A DNA stretch of 52,821 nucleotides, taken from NCBI GenBank assembly GCA_040877285.1, contig JBBDNZ010000207.1, forward strand, positions 1 to 52,821, written 5' to 3'. Position numbers and translations under genes: made by a program. Of this stretch, positions 43,474-51,046 are shown piece by piece (position 1 is the stretch's first letter; the number at the start of each line of letters is the position of its first letter). This DNA is from Xanthobacteraceae bacterium. GTDB lineage: Bacteria; Pseudomonadota; Alphaproteobacteria; Rhizobiales; Xanthobacteraceae. Under the pieces are notes generated by a model. That model had not been told where the DNA came from. It made no database searches and saw only the letters and a program-made list of their open reading frames with translations.

Positions 43474-45165
43474 CTAGTGGCGGTGGCGATGCCCATCCCC
43501 ATGGTCATGGTCGCCATGCTCATGCTCGTGATGGTGCAACCGCTGGCGGGGCCGCGGCCCGCGCGGATCCTCGCTAAACACCAGGGACTTGATGGTTACC
43601 GGCACGGTGTTCGACGGCATCCGGATACGGCCGAGGTCGATATAGTCGAAATCCCACAGCACGACGCCGTCGATCGCCAGAATTTCCCCCTCGACATGTT
43701 TCTCCTCGCGCAGGACGGCGCCGAGCGTCTGCGCAATATCGCCGTCGAGCATCACATAGAGCGGCTGGCGCTTGGCTATCCGCGGCGCCATGCCGCGCGT
43801 GATGCCCTCGGCAAAGGCGGAGATGCGCTCGTGCGAGGGCGCTCCCTGCCAGCGGAAGGCCAGCGCCACTTCGCCGCCGCCGCCGATCGGCAGGTCGAAG
43901 GCGGTGAAATGATCGCGGATCGCCTGCGCCAGCTTTTCGGGGTCGATGCTGTCTTCGCAGACGAAGGTCGGCTGCAACACTTGCAGGTTGCGGCGCGGCA
44001 GCAGCTTGCCGGGATTGGAAATGAAGCTGGTATTGCCGCTGAGCTGCACGCTGTATTCGGAGGCGCCCAGCGCCGTGGCGCGGATGCATTCGCCCGCCGG
44101 CTGGACCGGCCAGGGCAAGGCGCCGCTTTCGATGCGGCGGCGGATGGCGCGGCCGAGTCGCGGACCCATGTCGCCGAAGTCGCGCGTCTCGCGCTGATAG
44201 ATGTATTCGGCCACGCCGCCGGAGAACATAACGCCGTCGATGCGGCCAAGCTCGGCGATGGGGTCGGTGAGATAAAGGTGAGCAATGTCGTGCGGCGGCG
44301 GGCGCACGGTGAGCGCCGCCACCAGCGTGTCGGCCATTATCTCGGCCACGCGGTCCATGTCTTCCGGGCTGGCGGCGTCCCCCACCTTCCAGGAAAAACC
44401 CGCCTGCTTGGCATGGTATTTTCCCGCCGGGTCGAGGCGGACGATTTTGTGACTATCGTCGACCACCTGGAGCCGGCCGCCGATGTGGATGGCCGCGGTG
44501 GCGAGCACCTGGCCCTTTTCCACCAGACCGAGCTTGGTGGTGCCGCCGCCGATGTCGATGTTGAGGATGCGCTTGTTCTCGTCATGCGAGACGCGCGCGG
44601 CGCCGGACCCATAAGCGGCGAGCATCGCTTCCATGTGATGGCCGGCGGTGGCGGTGACGAAGTCGCCGCCCTGTTCGGCGATGATTCCGGCAATGGCCTC
44701 GGCATTCTCGCGCCGCAAGGCTTCGCCGGTCAGGATCACCACGCCGGTGTCGATGTCGTCGGGGTGAATCTTCGCCGCATTGTAGGCGTCGTCGATAATG
44801 GCGCCGAGCTTGGTCTCGTCGATGCGCTCCTCGCTCTGGTAGGGCGTCAGCGCCACCGGCGACTGGTACAGCGTCTCGCGCGAGACCACGTAATAGCGGC
44901 TGGTGAGCTCCTCGCCGAGACGGCGCAGGTCGATGCGCGAGAAGACAACTTGAGTGCCGGCCGAGCCGATGTCGATACCGACGCTGTGCAGCGTCACATG
45001 GTCCTGAATCCAGAGCGGGTTGTCCTCCAGCCGCTCGTTGTCGTCGAACCAATCGTGATCGTGGTCGGCCTCCGCGTCATGCACATGGGCGAGGTCCTCG
45101 CCATAGAGGTGATCGGCGACGGTATGGCCGCTTGCTTTCTTCTTCGTTTCATCCTCTGGCGGCAT
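43474..45165 (-). CDS. EutA-like (ethanolamine ammonia-lyase reactivase family) ASKHA ATPase with His/Asp-rich termini
   Basis: Start trimmed to MPPEDETKKK, with AGAAGG 6 nt upstream. EutA-like blocks are VGIDIGSAGTQVVFSRI, VVILTGEALRRENAEAI and ILNIDIGGGTTKLGL. The tails are HVHDAEADHDHDW and HHHEHEHGDHDHGDGHRHRH. Confidence 0.75.
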   Translation of the reverse strand: MPPEDETKKKASGHTVADHLYGEDLAHVHDAEADHDHDWFDDNERLEDNPLWIQDHVTLHSVGIDIGSAGTQVVFSRIDLRRLGEELTSRYYVVSRETLYQSPVALTPYQSEERIDETKLGAIIDDAYNAAKIHPDDIDTGVVILTGEALRRENAEAIAGIIAEQGGDFVTATAGHHMEAMLAAYGSGAARVSHDENKRILNIDIGGGTTKLGLVEKGQVLATAAIHIGGRLQVVDDSHKIVRLDPAGKYHAKQAGFSWKVGDAASPEDMDRVAEIMADTLVAALTVRPPPHDIAHLYLTDPIAELGRIDGVMFSGGVAEYIYQRETRDFGDMGPRLGRAIRRRIESGALPWPVQPAGECIRATALGASEYSVQLSGNTSFISNPGKLLPRRNLQVLQPTFVCEDSIDPEKLAQAIRDHFTAFDLPIGGGGEVALAFRWQGAPSHERISAFAEGITRGMAPRIAKRQPLYVMLDGDIAQTLGAVLREEKHVEGEILAIDGVVLWDFDYIDLGRIRMPSNTVPVTIKSLVFSEDPRGPRPRQRLHHHEHEHGDHDHGDGHRHRH

Positions 45166-45234
45166 CGGGCCTTCTCTTAGCGAAATGTCGTTGGGCGCGG
45201 CCCCGCTCGGGCTGAGGCGGAGCACGGCCGGAAC

Positions 45235-45289
45235 AGAGTGATAAAGGGATTTGCCGAGAAGGCAAGCCCTTGACGGAAAAGGGTTTTGC
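45235..45289. repeat. 56-bp direct repeat, copy 1 (upstream of the EutA-like gene)
   Basis: AGAGTGATAAAGGGATTTGCCGAGAAGGCAAGCCCTTGACGGAAAAGGGTTTTGC matches 46345-46400, with about 7 differences by eye. Confidence 0.8.
45238..45265 (-). promoter_or_regulatory. candidate sigma70-type promoter inside repeat copy 1
   Basis: The minus strand reads TTGCCT, 16 nt, TATCAC. Both hexamers are identical in the two repeat copies while the spacer differs at 3 positions. The predicted leader to the ATG at 45165 is about 65 nt. Confidence 0.35.
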
Positions 45290-45400
45290 GCTGCCGCGGG
45301 AGCAGGCGGGTCGAATGCCGTCTTACTCAAATGAGGTATTGCCGCAAGCTACATTTCGTCAGAAAATGGTACGTTGAAAAAGGTTATTGGGAGGACGACG

Positions 45401-45625
45401 ATGGCTATCGGAAAGAAAGCCACCGCAATCGCTATTACACTCGTCGCCGGTGTTTGGATTTTGCCGGCGAGCGCTGCTCAGTCGGACAAGAACGCAAAAA
45501 AATACGAGAACTGTATGGAGACCCACAAGAAAATGGGTGACTCGCAGAAGGTTGCCAGCGACATCTGCCGGAAGATTCAGGCAGGCATCAACCAATCCAC
45601 GGTCAAGCCCCAGACCAAGAAATGA
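45401..45625 (+). CDS. small secreted Lys-rich protein (74 aa precursor, 2 Cys)
   Basis: GGGAGGA lies 5 nt upstream of the ATG at 45401. The signal peptide is MAIGKKATAIAITLVAGVWILPASA, with likely cleavage before AQSDK. No family recognised. Confidence 0.55.
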   Translation: MAIGKKATAIAITLVAGVWILPASAAQSDKNAKKYENCMETHKKMGDSQKVASDICRKIQAGINQSTVKPQTKK

Positions 45626-45629
45626 TGGC

Positions 45630-46340
45630 TCATGCGGGGGGCGCCGGCGCTTCCGCGCGCAGCTTGAAGCGCTGAATTTTCCCCGTCGCCGTCTTCGGTA
45701 ATTCGCGGCGGAATTCGATCCAGCGCGGATATTTGTACGGCGCGAGCTTGGTCTTTACGTGCTCCTGAAGCTCTCTGGCGAGTGCGTCGCCGGCGCGATC
45801 ATGCGCCTTGAGCACGACGAAGGCTCTCGCCTTGACCAGCCCCTCGCCATCGGGCCAAGCCACCACGGCGGCTTCCAGCACCTCGGCGTGGGTCTGTAGC
45901 GCACCCTCGACCTCAAAGGGTGACACATAAAGCCCCGACACTTTCAGCATATCGTCGCGGCGGCCGCAGTAGACGAAATAGCCCTCCTCGTCCTCGACAT
46001 ATTTATCGCCCGAGCGCGTCCATTCGCCGAGAAAAGTGGAGCGCGATTGCTCGCGGTTGTTCCAATACATGATCGCGCTGGTGGGCCCGCGCACGTGCAG
46101 CTCGCCCATTTCGCCGCGGGGCACCGGCAGGCCGTCATCGCCGATCAGCCTAACGTCATAACCGGGCACGGGCTTTCCTGTCGTGCCGTAGCGGACATCG
46201 CCGGGGCGCGAGGACAGATAGATGTGCAGCATCTCGGTCGAGCCGAGGCCGTCGAGGATGTCGGCGCCATAGCGTTCGCTCCAGCGGCGTCCGGCTTTCG
46301 CCCAGCGCCTTCTGCCTGACGTCGAATTATAGCCGGCGAG
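45630..46340 (-). pseudogene. 3' fragment of a benzoate-CoA-ligase-like AMP-binding enzyme gene
   Basis: Only the C-terminal half is present: GSTEMLHIYLSS, YGTTGKPVPGY, GELHVRGPTS, WTRSGDKY, GRRDDMLKVSG and PKTATGKIQRF. The N-terminal half with the TSG(S/T)TGxPK motif is absent, and only about 150 bp separate the fragment from the porin gene. Confidence 0.7.
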
Positions 46341-46344
46341 GCAA

Positions 46345-46400
46345 AGAGTGATAAACGGATTTACCGGGAAGGCAAGCCCTTGAGGAAAAAAGGATTTTGC
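46345..46400. repeat. 56-bp direct repeat, copy 2 (at the truncation point of the ligase fragment)
   Basis: AGAGTGATAAACGGATTTACCGGGAAGGCAAGCCCTTGAGGAAAAAAGGATTTTGC. The apparent N-terminus of ORF 45630..46403 is simply this repeat translated. Confidence 0.8.
46348..46375 (-). promoter_or_regulatory. candidate promoter inside repeat copy 2
   Basis: It has the same TTGCCT-16 nt-TATCAC arrangement on the minus strand as copy 1. Confidence 0.3.
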
Positions 46401-46471
46401 CAAGATTGCCGCCCGTCCCGGCGGGTAAAATCCGCCGCCAAGGAAGGGATCCGCGGGCGGCGCAAAAAGCA

Positions 46472-46504
46472 GAAGCGGCGCCTCCGTTAAAGAGGCGCCG
46501 CTTC
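46472..46504 (-). terminator. intrinsic terminator of the porin gene
   Basis: GAAGCGGCGCCTC-cgttaaa-GAGGCGCCGCTTC (13-bp stem). On the minus strand it is followed by TGCTTTTTG. Confidence 0.8.
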
Positions 46505-46559
46505 CTTAGATCAAGACCTCGTTAGAGGCCCAAGTAGCCGAACTTAGCCGATCTCGCGA

Positions 46560-48017
46560 TTACCAGCTCCGCGAGATGAAGGCGCCGACGGCCAAGAGTT
46601 CCGGATCTTCATCGATACCGACGGGAAGTACGGTACCGAGCGACAGATCCTGCCTAACCGTCTTGTACATCACCTCGACGCCGATTTCGGCGGTCTGTCT
46701 GGACTTGCCCCAGATCAGGTTCAAGGCGACATCCACGGCCGTGGCATCGCAGCGGCCACCCGACGAAGCAGAGGTAGCGCAGCTGATCGGGCCAGCATCA
46801 ACCTTGGTCCACGAAGCCGCGAGGTTCGACCGCAGCATCGGAGTCCAGTAGTGCCGCAACTCACCGAGAACGCTGGTGACCTTGACCTTCTCCAGGACGA
46901 TGTCGGTTCCGGTCACGTTCGGAGAGGCGAAGGCATCGCCGTAATCGTTGAGGAAGCCGCCGGCGAAGAGACCATCGCGGGCGCCGCCCGTCATGGATAC
47001 GTCCCCGCCGTCGTTGACGCCGCCGTAAGCGGTGGCGCCGTCGGAGTGAGTGGCCTGCAACAGGATCTGGTCGCCCGAACCCAATTGCGGCAGGTTGAAG
47101 GTTACGCCTGCCAAAACGGCCCAGCCCGTCTCTCTCTCGGTCGCGCAAGTCGCCGAGACGCCGCCGAAGGAGCAGGTATTGGAGAGAGCGCTGCCGCCGC
47201 CATTTACGGCGATCACCGAGATCTGGTGGATCGCACCGGCCAGTTTGGCGCTACCCCAGGACTGCTCGATGGCCAACGTACCAACCACGTCCCACATGGC
47301 TTCGGGGCCGACCGCGTACTCCGCACCCGTACCGGTGATATCGGTATCGGCATAGACGAGCGCCGGTATCGAGTAGTTCGGGTTTTCGAGGCCGATGGTG
47401 GCGGTGAAGCCGCCCGGCGCCGAGAACTCGTAGGTTACTTGCATGGTCGTCGTCTTCGGGTCACCGCCGATAGAGGTGATCAAGTCGCCCTGATCGTAGT
47501 AGATGAACTGAGAAGCGGCGATACCGACCAGGAAGCCGGCCCACTGAATGTAAGCGCGGTGGGCGCGGGTGGAGGTATTGCTGCTGGCGCCTGCCGGCGG
47601 CAGGCCGTTGGCAAGACCCGAGGTGCGGTCGTTACGCAGTTGAACGACTGCGCGCAGAGTGCCGAACTCGGTCGGGCTGCGGAAGTCCCAGCCCGGACGC
47701 GCCGACACGCGATAGCCGACCGAGTCGTTCGCTTCGGACTGAAATACGAACGGCTGGTATTCGCCGCCCGAGTTGTGGATAAAAGCGGCGGCGTCATCGC
47801 TGCCCTTGAAGTAAAACTCAGCTTTTACATAGCCGAAATGTCTGATGCAGATATCGGTGCCGGGGAGCTTGTAGAAGCCCCGTCCGAAAGCTGGACAGAC
47901 CTCGACATACTGCACGGCCGCAGCAGCCTTCTTCACCGGAAGATCGGCTGCCTGCGCAGCGCCTGTCGCGAGAATACCCGCGGCAGAACCGAGCAGAACA
48001 GTTTTAATCGACGTCAT
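46560..48017 (-). CDS. alphaproteobacterial porin (Omp2/RopA-type, Porin_2-like)
   Basis: Start trimmed to MTSIKTVLLGSAAGILATGAAQA, with a GGAGGGGG SD upstream. ADLPVKKAAAAVQYVEVCPAFGRGFYKLPGTDICIR is the typical N-terminal block. The alternating beta-strand pattern ends in SRSW. Confidence 0.85.
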   Translation of the reverse strand: MTSIKTVLLGSAAGILATGAAQAADLPVKKAAAAVQYVEVCPAFGRGFYKLPGTDICIRHFGYVKAEFYFKGSDDAAAFIHNSGGEYQPFVFQSEANDSVGYRVSARPGWDFRSPTEFGTLRAVVQLRNDRTSGLANGLPPAGASSNTSTRAHRAYIQWAGFLVGIAASQFIYYDQGDLITSIGGDPKTTTMQVTYEFSAPGGFTATIGLENPNYSIPALVYADTDITGTGAEYAVGPEAMWDVVGTLAIEQSWGSAKLAGAIHQISVIAVNGGGSALSNTCSFGGVSATCATERETGWAVLAGVTFNLPQLGSGDQILLQATHSDGATAYGGVNDGGDVSMTGGARDGLFAGGFLNDYGDAFASPNVTGTDIVLEKVKVTSVLGELRHYWTPMLRSNLAASWTKVDAGPISCATSASSGGRCDATAVDVALNLIWGKSRQTAEIGVEVMYKTVRQDLSLGTVLPVGIDEDPELLAVGAFISRSW

Positions 48018-48647
48018 TGTTTGTCCCCCTCCTTGCGACCCCTGCATCACAAACCTTTTGCCTGCGATTTGGGTCTATGGGTTAGCTGACGAAGCCTAGA
48101 AAATACAAAACGCCGGTTAAGCGCCAGTCCCGAAAGGCGGAAAAACGGCGTTTTCAGGCGGATAAGCGGCTTTTCTGCGGGCGGTGTCACATAAAAAGCA
48201 CAAGGTCTTAACCGGCCCTTAAATCCTCTTAAAAACTAATAATATCAGTATCTTAAAGCATAAACGGCAGGACGCCGCCGGCGCCCTGAATGAGGACGGA
48301 CTTCCCCTGCCGGATTGGTCCCGCAGGACGGGTCACCGGCCCGATCCCCCTGTCTTTCGCCCTTCGAATCGGCCGCCGCCGGTTTCTTCAGGCCGCCGAT
48401 TTTAGCCCGCCATGCGGCGCGGCGATTGCAGCAAGCAAGCGCCATCGGGCACGGCATTTTCATTCGAGCGCAGCCTTTGGGGCCGAGCCGCCGGCGCGTC
48501 CGCTTTGGCCGTGCGACTTCGCGGATATGGCGTCCGCGGCCGTTTCACGTTACGTTTTGCAACGATCACGGTCCAAATTTTTGCCAAGGACGCCGCTGGC
48601 TTGGCCGTGACGGCAGCGTGTCGTCCGCCCGCTCGATGGAGGCAGCT

Positions 48648-49769
48648 ATGACAAAGTGGACATCCCTCGCGTTCGGCTTCGGCCTGTTGCTTGCCGCGTG
48701 CGGCGGCGAAGAGGGCGACGTCGTCAAAATGGGCGTCGCCGGGCCCAATACCGGCGCGAGCGCGGCTTTCGGCGCCCAGCTCAAAAACGGCGCCGAGCAG
48801 GCGGTTGCCGACATCAACGAGCGCGGCGGCCTTCTCGGAAAAAAGATTGTCTTGAGCTACGGCGACGATGCCGCCGATCCCAAGCAAGGCGTCTCCGTGG
48901 CCAACAAATTCACCGCCGACGGCATCAAGTTCGTCGTCGGACATTTCAACTCCGGCGTCACCATACCGGCTTCCGAAGTCTATCAGGAAAACGGCATCCT
49001 GGAGATCACGCCCGCCTCCACCAATCCAACGGTCACCGAGCGGGGAATGTGGAACGTCTTCCGCACCTGCGGGCGCGACGACCAGCAGGGCGCGGTGGCC
49101 GGCGATTACATCGTCAAAAACTTCCAAGGCAAGAACATCGCCATCGTTCACGACAAGACGCCCTATGGTGAAGGCCTCGCCAACGAGACCAAGAAAAAGA
49201 TCAACGCGGGCGGCATCATGGAGGTCCTCTTTGAGGGCGTGAACGCCGGGGAGAAGGACTATTCGGCGCTTGTCTCGAAGATCAAACAGTCGGGCGCCGA
49301 TCTCGTCTTCTGGGGTGGCCTCTACACCGAAGGCGGCTTGATCGTGCGCCAGATGCGCGACCAGGGCGTGCAGACGGTGATGATGGGCGGCGACGGCATT
49401 GCCTCCGACGAATTCGCCGCGGTCGGCGGCCCCGGCGTCGAGGGCACGCTGATGACCTACGGCCCCGACCCGCGCAACCGGCCGGAAGCCAAGGCTGTCG
49501 TGGATAAATTCCGCGCCAAGAAATTCGAGCCGGAGGCCTATACCCTTTACAGCTATGCGGCGGTGCAGGTGATGCAGCAGGCCGTGGAGGCCGCCAAATC
49601 GCTCGATCCGAAAAAGGTGGCCGAGCAGATGAAGTCCGGCCAGTCATTCAAGACGGTGATCGGCGATCTTTCCTTCGACAAGAAGGGCGACATCACCCGT
49701 CTCGATTATGTGGTCTACCGCTGGCAGAAGGACCCCGGCGGCAAGATCAATTACGTCGAAATCCGCTAA
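48648..49769 (+). CDS. branched-chain amino acid ABC transporter substrate-binding lipoprotein (LivK/BraC-like)
   Basis: Start trimmed to MTKWTSLAFGFGLLLAACGG (lipobox). KMGVAGPNTGASAAFGAQLKNGAEQAVADIN and FVVGHFNSGV are LivK-type blocks. Confidence 0.85.
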   Translation: MTKWTSLAFGFGLLLAACGGEEGDVVKMGVAGPNTGASAAFGAQLKNGAEQAVADINERGGLLGKKIVLSYGDDAADPKQGVSVANKFTADGIKFVVGHFNSGVTIPASEVYQENGILEITPASTNPTVTERGMWNVFRTCGRDDQQGAVAGDYIVKNFQGKNIAIVHDKTPYGEGLANETKKKINAGGIMEVLFEGVNAGEKDYSALVSKIKQSGADLVFWGGLYTEGGLIVRQMRDQGVQTVMMGGDGIASDEFAAVGGPGVEGTLMTYGPDPRNRPEAKAVVDKFRAKKFEPEAYTLYSYAAVQVMQQAVEAAKSLDPKKVAEQMKSGQSFKTVIGDLSFDKKGDITRLDYVVYRWQKDPGGKINYVEIR

Positions 49770-49797
49770 CACGCAGACGGTTCTCGCGGGGAGCAAT

Positions 49798-49826
49798 ACG
49801 GAACCCGGGACAATCCCGGGTTCCGT
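49798..49826 (+). terminator. terminator-like hairpin after the LivK-like gene
   Basis: ACGGAACCCGGG-acaat-CCCGGGTTCCGT (12-bp stem), 29 nt after the stop. There is no clear T-tract, so termination is uncertain. Confidence 0.45.
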
Positions 49827-50014
49827 TGCCCGCATCCGGTGCGATCGAATAAATCCCATTAACGATTGACGCGCACGGCAGCCTGCGACGCCATTTCCGC
49901 TCGACGGAACAAGCCGGAACGGCTAGCCTCACGCAGCATCCGGGCGGCCGCCCAGCGCCCAAGGATGCGGCAATCGCCAAGCGTCTCGAACGAGCGTCTC
50001 GAAAGGGTTATGTC

Positions 50015-51031
50015 GTGAATCGCGTGCGCGTTTTTTTTGCCGTCGCGGCCGCAATTGTCTTCGCCGCCGGCGCGGCCTCGGCGCAGACGCTCAAGAAGGT
50101 CATCGACCGGGGCGCGCTGGTCTGCGGAGTAACCCAGGGCCTGCCGGGCTTTTCCAGCCCCGACGACAAGGGCAATTGGACCGGCTTCGACGTCGATTTC
50201 TGCCGTGCGCTGGCGGCGGCGATCTTCAACGACGCCAGCAAGGTCAAGTACGTGCCGCTGGCGGCCAAGGACCGTTTCACCGCGTTGCATTCCGGCGAGA
50301 TCGACGTGCTGTCGCGGGTGACGACTTGGACTTTGTCGCGCGACACCACGCTTGGATTCAATTTCGCCGGGATCACCTATTTCGACGGGCAGGGTTTCCT
50401 CATCCGCAAGTCGCTGAAGGTGAATTCCGCGCTCGAGCTCAACGGCGCCTCGATCTGCACGCAGACCGGAACGACCTCGGAGCTGAATATCGCGGACTAT
50501 TTCCGCGCGCATAAGATCAAATACGATCTGGTCGCCTTCGCCAACGCCGACGAGGTGGTCAAGGCCTACGACACCGGGCGCTGCGACGCATTCTCCACCG
50601 ATCTTTCGCAGCTCTATGCCGAAAGGCTCAAGCTCACCAGCCCGAACGATCACGTGATCTTGCCCGAGATCATCTCCAAGGAGCCGCTCGGACCGGTGGT
50701 GCGCCACGGCGACGATCAATGGCTCGACATCGCCCGCTGGACGCTTTTCGCCATGATCAACGCGGAAGAGTTCGAGGTGTCGTCGAAGAACATCAACGAA
50801 GCCCTCAAATCGGAACGGCCCGACGTGAAGCGGCTGGTCGGCACGGAGGGAAATTTCGGCGAGCAGCTCGGGCTGACCAAGAATTGGGCCGAGCGCATCA
50901 TCCGGCTCGTCGGCAATTACGGCGAAGTGTTCGAGCGCAATGTCGGCGCCGGCTCGCGGCTTGGCATCACGCGCGGCCTCAACAATCTGTGGACCAAGGG
51001 CGGGCTGCAATACGCGCCGCCGGTCCGCTGA
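50015..51031 (+). CDS. general L-amino acid ABC transporter substrate-binding protein (AapJ/BztA-like)
   Basis: GTG start. The signal peptide ends AASAQ. The blocks LVCGVTQGLPGFSSPDDKGNWTGFDVDFCRALAAAIF and FTALHSGEIDVLSR are AapJ-type. Confidence 0.85.
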   Translation: MNRVRVFFAVAAAIVFAAGAASAQTLKKVIDRGALVCGVTQGLPGFSSPDDKGNWTGFDVDFCRALAAAIFNDASKVKYVPLAAKDRFTALHSGEIDVLSRVTTWTLSRDTTLGFNFAGITYFDGQGFLIRKSLKVNSALELNGASICTQTGTTSELNIADYFRAHKIKYDLVAFANADEVVKAYDTGRCDAFSTDLSQLYAERLKLTSPNDHVILPEIISKEPLGPVVRHGDDQWLDIARWTLFAMINAEEFEVSSKNINEALKSERPDVKRLVGTEGNFGEQLGLTKNWAERIIRLVGNYGEVFERNVGAGSRLGITRGLNNLWTKGGLQYAPPVR

Positions 51032-51046
51032 AGCCACCGCTCCGAT

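Noticed and set aside
42153-45165. Annotation of this locus as an ethanolamine utilisation (eut) operon
   Set aside because: Only an EutA-like gene is present. There is no eutB, eutC, shell protein, aldehyde dehydrogenase or regulator gene, so the eut label is not supported by context.
43261-45180. 639-aa ORF antisense to the EutA-like gene, and the similar 42111-43310 ORF opposite the bicupin
   Set aside because: Both have low-complexity Ala/Gly/Arg/Asp composition. The opposite strand carries recognisable EutA and cupin motifs, good ribosome-binding sites and a terminator.
48315-48647. N-terminal extensions offered by the ORF track, here and at 7147-8130, 8012-8854, 15275-17182, 17591-18973, 24428-25516, 30763-32631 and 43474-45330
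   Set aside because: The extended parts are Arg/Pro-rich, precede obvious signal peptides or conserved N-termini, and sometimes overlap the upstream gene. Internal starts with plausible ribosome-binding sites were preferred.
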